From Sarea resinae (lineage: Eukaryota): DNA of 64,000 nucleotides. Made by a program: the position numbers and the translations under genes. The notes beneath the pieces were generated by a model. That model made no database searches and was not told the DNA's origin. It worked only from the letters and a program-made list of their open reading frames with translations. This document shows positions 61,696-64,000 of this stretch, in pieces. The stretch lies in the NCBI GenBank assembly GCA_026026165.1, contig JAPEUD010000002.1:310001-374000 (forward strand), given 5' to 3'. Position 1 is the stretch's first letter. Each line of letters starts with the position of its first letter.

Positions 61696-62181
61696 ATGCC
61701 GTCTGTACCTCTACATCCCCCCACTCCCGAACGGAGTATTCCCAAGGCAACCGCGAACCCTCTGCCCCAACTCCTGCAGACGCCTTCCGGCCTGGCTATC
61801 CTAGAGCTCCAGGGGACTATCAACATGCCAGCAGCCGACTTCCTCGATGGTGACGAAGAAGATGAGGATAACGAAGATAGCAGCCACCATCAGACCGATG
61901 TCGCAGTTGGCCGACTCGTCTTCCCTCTCTATTCCGTTCATGATCCCCCCGAGAGCACCGCCTGGATGGAGCGTGTGCATCTCTACGTGGGCAGGCATCA
62001 ACGACTAACCGGCGAAGTCAAGAAACTGCCCAATCCCATGGCTGTGATACGACGCAAGCATGCCAGCTCGGACGCGATGGACCTTGACGGTGCGTCTGCC
62101 GAGGAAAAGCTGGAGATCGTCGAGATTGTGCGCTGGAAGATATTGTTCTCGCAGCGGCCCGAGCCCGTCAGCGAGGAATGA
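61696..62181 (+). CDS. CTF8: Chromosome transmission fidelity protein 8 (Ctf18-RFC subunit)
   Basis: LPQLLQTPSGLAILELQGTIN, VHLYVGRHQRLTGEVKKL, IVRWKILFSQRPEPV. Confidence 0.92.
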   Translation: MPSVPLHPPTPERSIPKATANPLPQLLQTPSGLAILELQGTINMPAADFLDGDEEDEDNEDSSHHQTDVAVGRLVFPLYSVHDPPESTAWMERVHLYVGRHQRLTGEVKKLPNPMAVIRRKHASSDAMDLDGASAEEKLEIVEIVRWKILFSQRPEPVSEE

Positions 62182-62657
62182 TTCTGGGTATGAATGAAAG
62201 AGCAGCAAGCAGATGGCCGGCCCCTCATCTCCTCCGCATTTCCTGCGGAGATGGTGTGGCAGCTGCATCTTGCAAGTTTCCTTGCTTCATGCAAGCCGAA
62301 CGTTACGAACAAATCACGAGTCAGACTCGCCGTCAGGGTTCCAACCCTGGAAAACCATGGTTGCACAGAACGTTTGCACGTTGACTGGATGCAGGACGAG
62401 TCATGAATATATCCGCAGGTAGTCTATTCATTGGTTCGGCCCTGCTCCAATCCGCTGCATGTCCCCGCGGAATGGACTGTCCTCGACGTCAACTATATTG
62501 GACGAAAGTCAATGACCAACATGTTCCAATAATGAAAGCGGACTTTCAACTCCAGTGATGAGAATATGTATAAAGCATATGGTCAGGCGATTCATTGGAT
62601 TTAGCAATCCCAAGGATTCTATCACAGGATCCATATTGGATTGCTGATTTTGTTGCC

Positions 62658-64000
62658 ATGGCGCTGATGGAATATCACCACGATCAGGACGCATTCATCA
62701 GATCTCTGATTCTTCTGCCCTCGGCAGTACTACTGCTTCTCACGTTCTACCTGATTAGTCTTGCCATATATAACGTGTGGTTTCATCCTCTGGCTTCATT
62801 TCCTGGACCCAAGGCTTTCGCGGCCTCGAGGATCCCATATCTCCGCCTTGCCCTGACTGGCCGTCTCGTCTTTACGGTTGCAGAATTGCATGATCGATAT
62901 GGAGATGTCGTTCGTATTGGCCCAGATGAGCTCTCGTTTATCAATCCTACGGCCTGGAAAGATATTTACGGACACCGCCAAGGCCATCTCTCATTCCAGA
63001 AAGATCCAATGCTCTACAACACCGACACGAGAGGCGCGCGCGCTCTGCTCTCGGCCTTTGATGCCGACCACACGCGCATGCGTCGGCTTCTCTCTCACGC
63101 CTTCTCGGAGAAGGCGCTCAAGGAGCAAGAGCCCGTCCTCCAGTCCTACGCCGATCTCATGATCGACGGTTTGCATAAGCAAGTCAAAGGCGCAGCCCGC
63201 GGTAGAGTCGACATTGTGAAATGGTACAATTGGACCACCTTCGACGTCATCGGTGACCTGTCATTCGGTGAGCCCTTCAACTGTCTCAAAGACTCGAAAT
63301 ACCACCCCTGGGTATCTCTCGTCTTTGACTCGGTCAAGTCTGGCGTCATGATCAACGCCACAAAACGGTTCCCCAAGATGTTGGCCAAGTATATCCGTCC
63401 TTTCTTCGTCTCGAGGTCCATGTACCAGAAACGGCTCGATCACGACAATTTCAGTAGGGATAAGGTCGACCGCCGCATGGCTATGCAGACCGACCGCAAG
63501 GACTTTCTCGCCTACATCCTCCGGCACAACGACGAGAAGGGCATGAAGCGAGAGGAGATTTACGCCAATGCCGCGCTGCTGATCCTCGCCGGCAGCGAGA
63601 CCACAGCGACGCTCCTATCGGGCGTCACATATCATCTCCTGAAGAACCCCGAGACGCTCAAGACGCTCGTCGCTGAGATCCGTGGCGCGTTCACGTCGGA
63701 CGAAGACATCCATCTTGCTGCATTAAATGAGCTGAAGTATCTCAGGGCTGTGCTGCAGGAGGGTCTGCGCATGTATCCGCCTGTTCCAGGGTCCATGACC
63801 CGTCGTGTGCCGCCGCAGGGAGATTCAGTCTGTGGCCTCTGGGTCCCTGGGAATGTGAGTTGACTGCTCTATCTATTTGGACCTCACCTTTTTATCCCAA
63901 ACCCGGCCTGTTTTCTGACATATATAAGACGGCGGTGTCGGTGCCGCAGTACGCCTGCTTTCACTCCGACTCCAACTTCCACGCCGCGGATTCGTTCATG
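62658..64000 (+). CDS. Cytochrome P450 (CYP65/Tri11-like clan), 3'-truncated by the window edge. Intron 63855-63928
   Basis: TM anchor, HPLASFPGP, YGDVVRIGPDELSF, AWKDIYG, FDVIGDLSFGEPF, I-helix AGSETT, K-helix EGLR. Confidence 0.93.

Overview
Gene-dense window from a filamentous ascomycete (Pezizomycotina-type short GT-AG introns with CTRAY branch points). It holds about 20 protein-coding genes and one intron-containing tRNA-Glu(CTC). The left 39.5 kb is housekeeping: MGS1, IES2, PEX14/17(PEX33)-like, a small tail/membrane protein, MMS22, DUF726/TMCO4, GatF-like, SEC17, a six-exon unknown gene missed by the ORF track, a PHO84-like transporter, a mitochondrial AAA ATPase, a Gag1-like protein and a divergent TSR1/UTP7 pair. 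From ~39.9 to 50.1 kb is an accessory island with no recognisable intact gene. It has RIP-like TpA-rich patches, stop-riddled reading frames and retroelement-like and zinc-finger fragments, and several internally paralogous segments arranged as a mosaic. Two copies of an unrecognised ~70-aa domain there are conserved as protein while their silent sites are saturated. The right part has a divergent Zn-dehydrogenase/SDR pair resembling L-idonate/5-keto-gluconate enzymes, an MFS transporter, an inositol dehydrogenase-like gene, CTF8 and a truncated cytochrome P450. All family calls come from motif recognition by eye; no searches were run.
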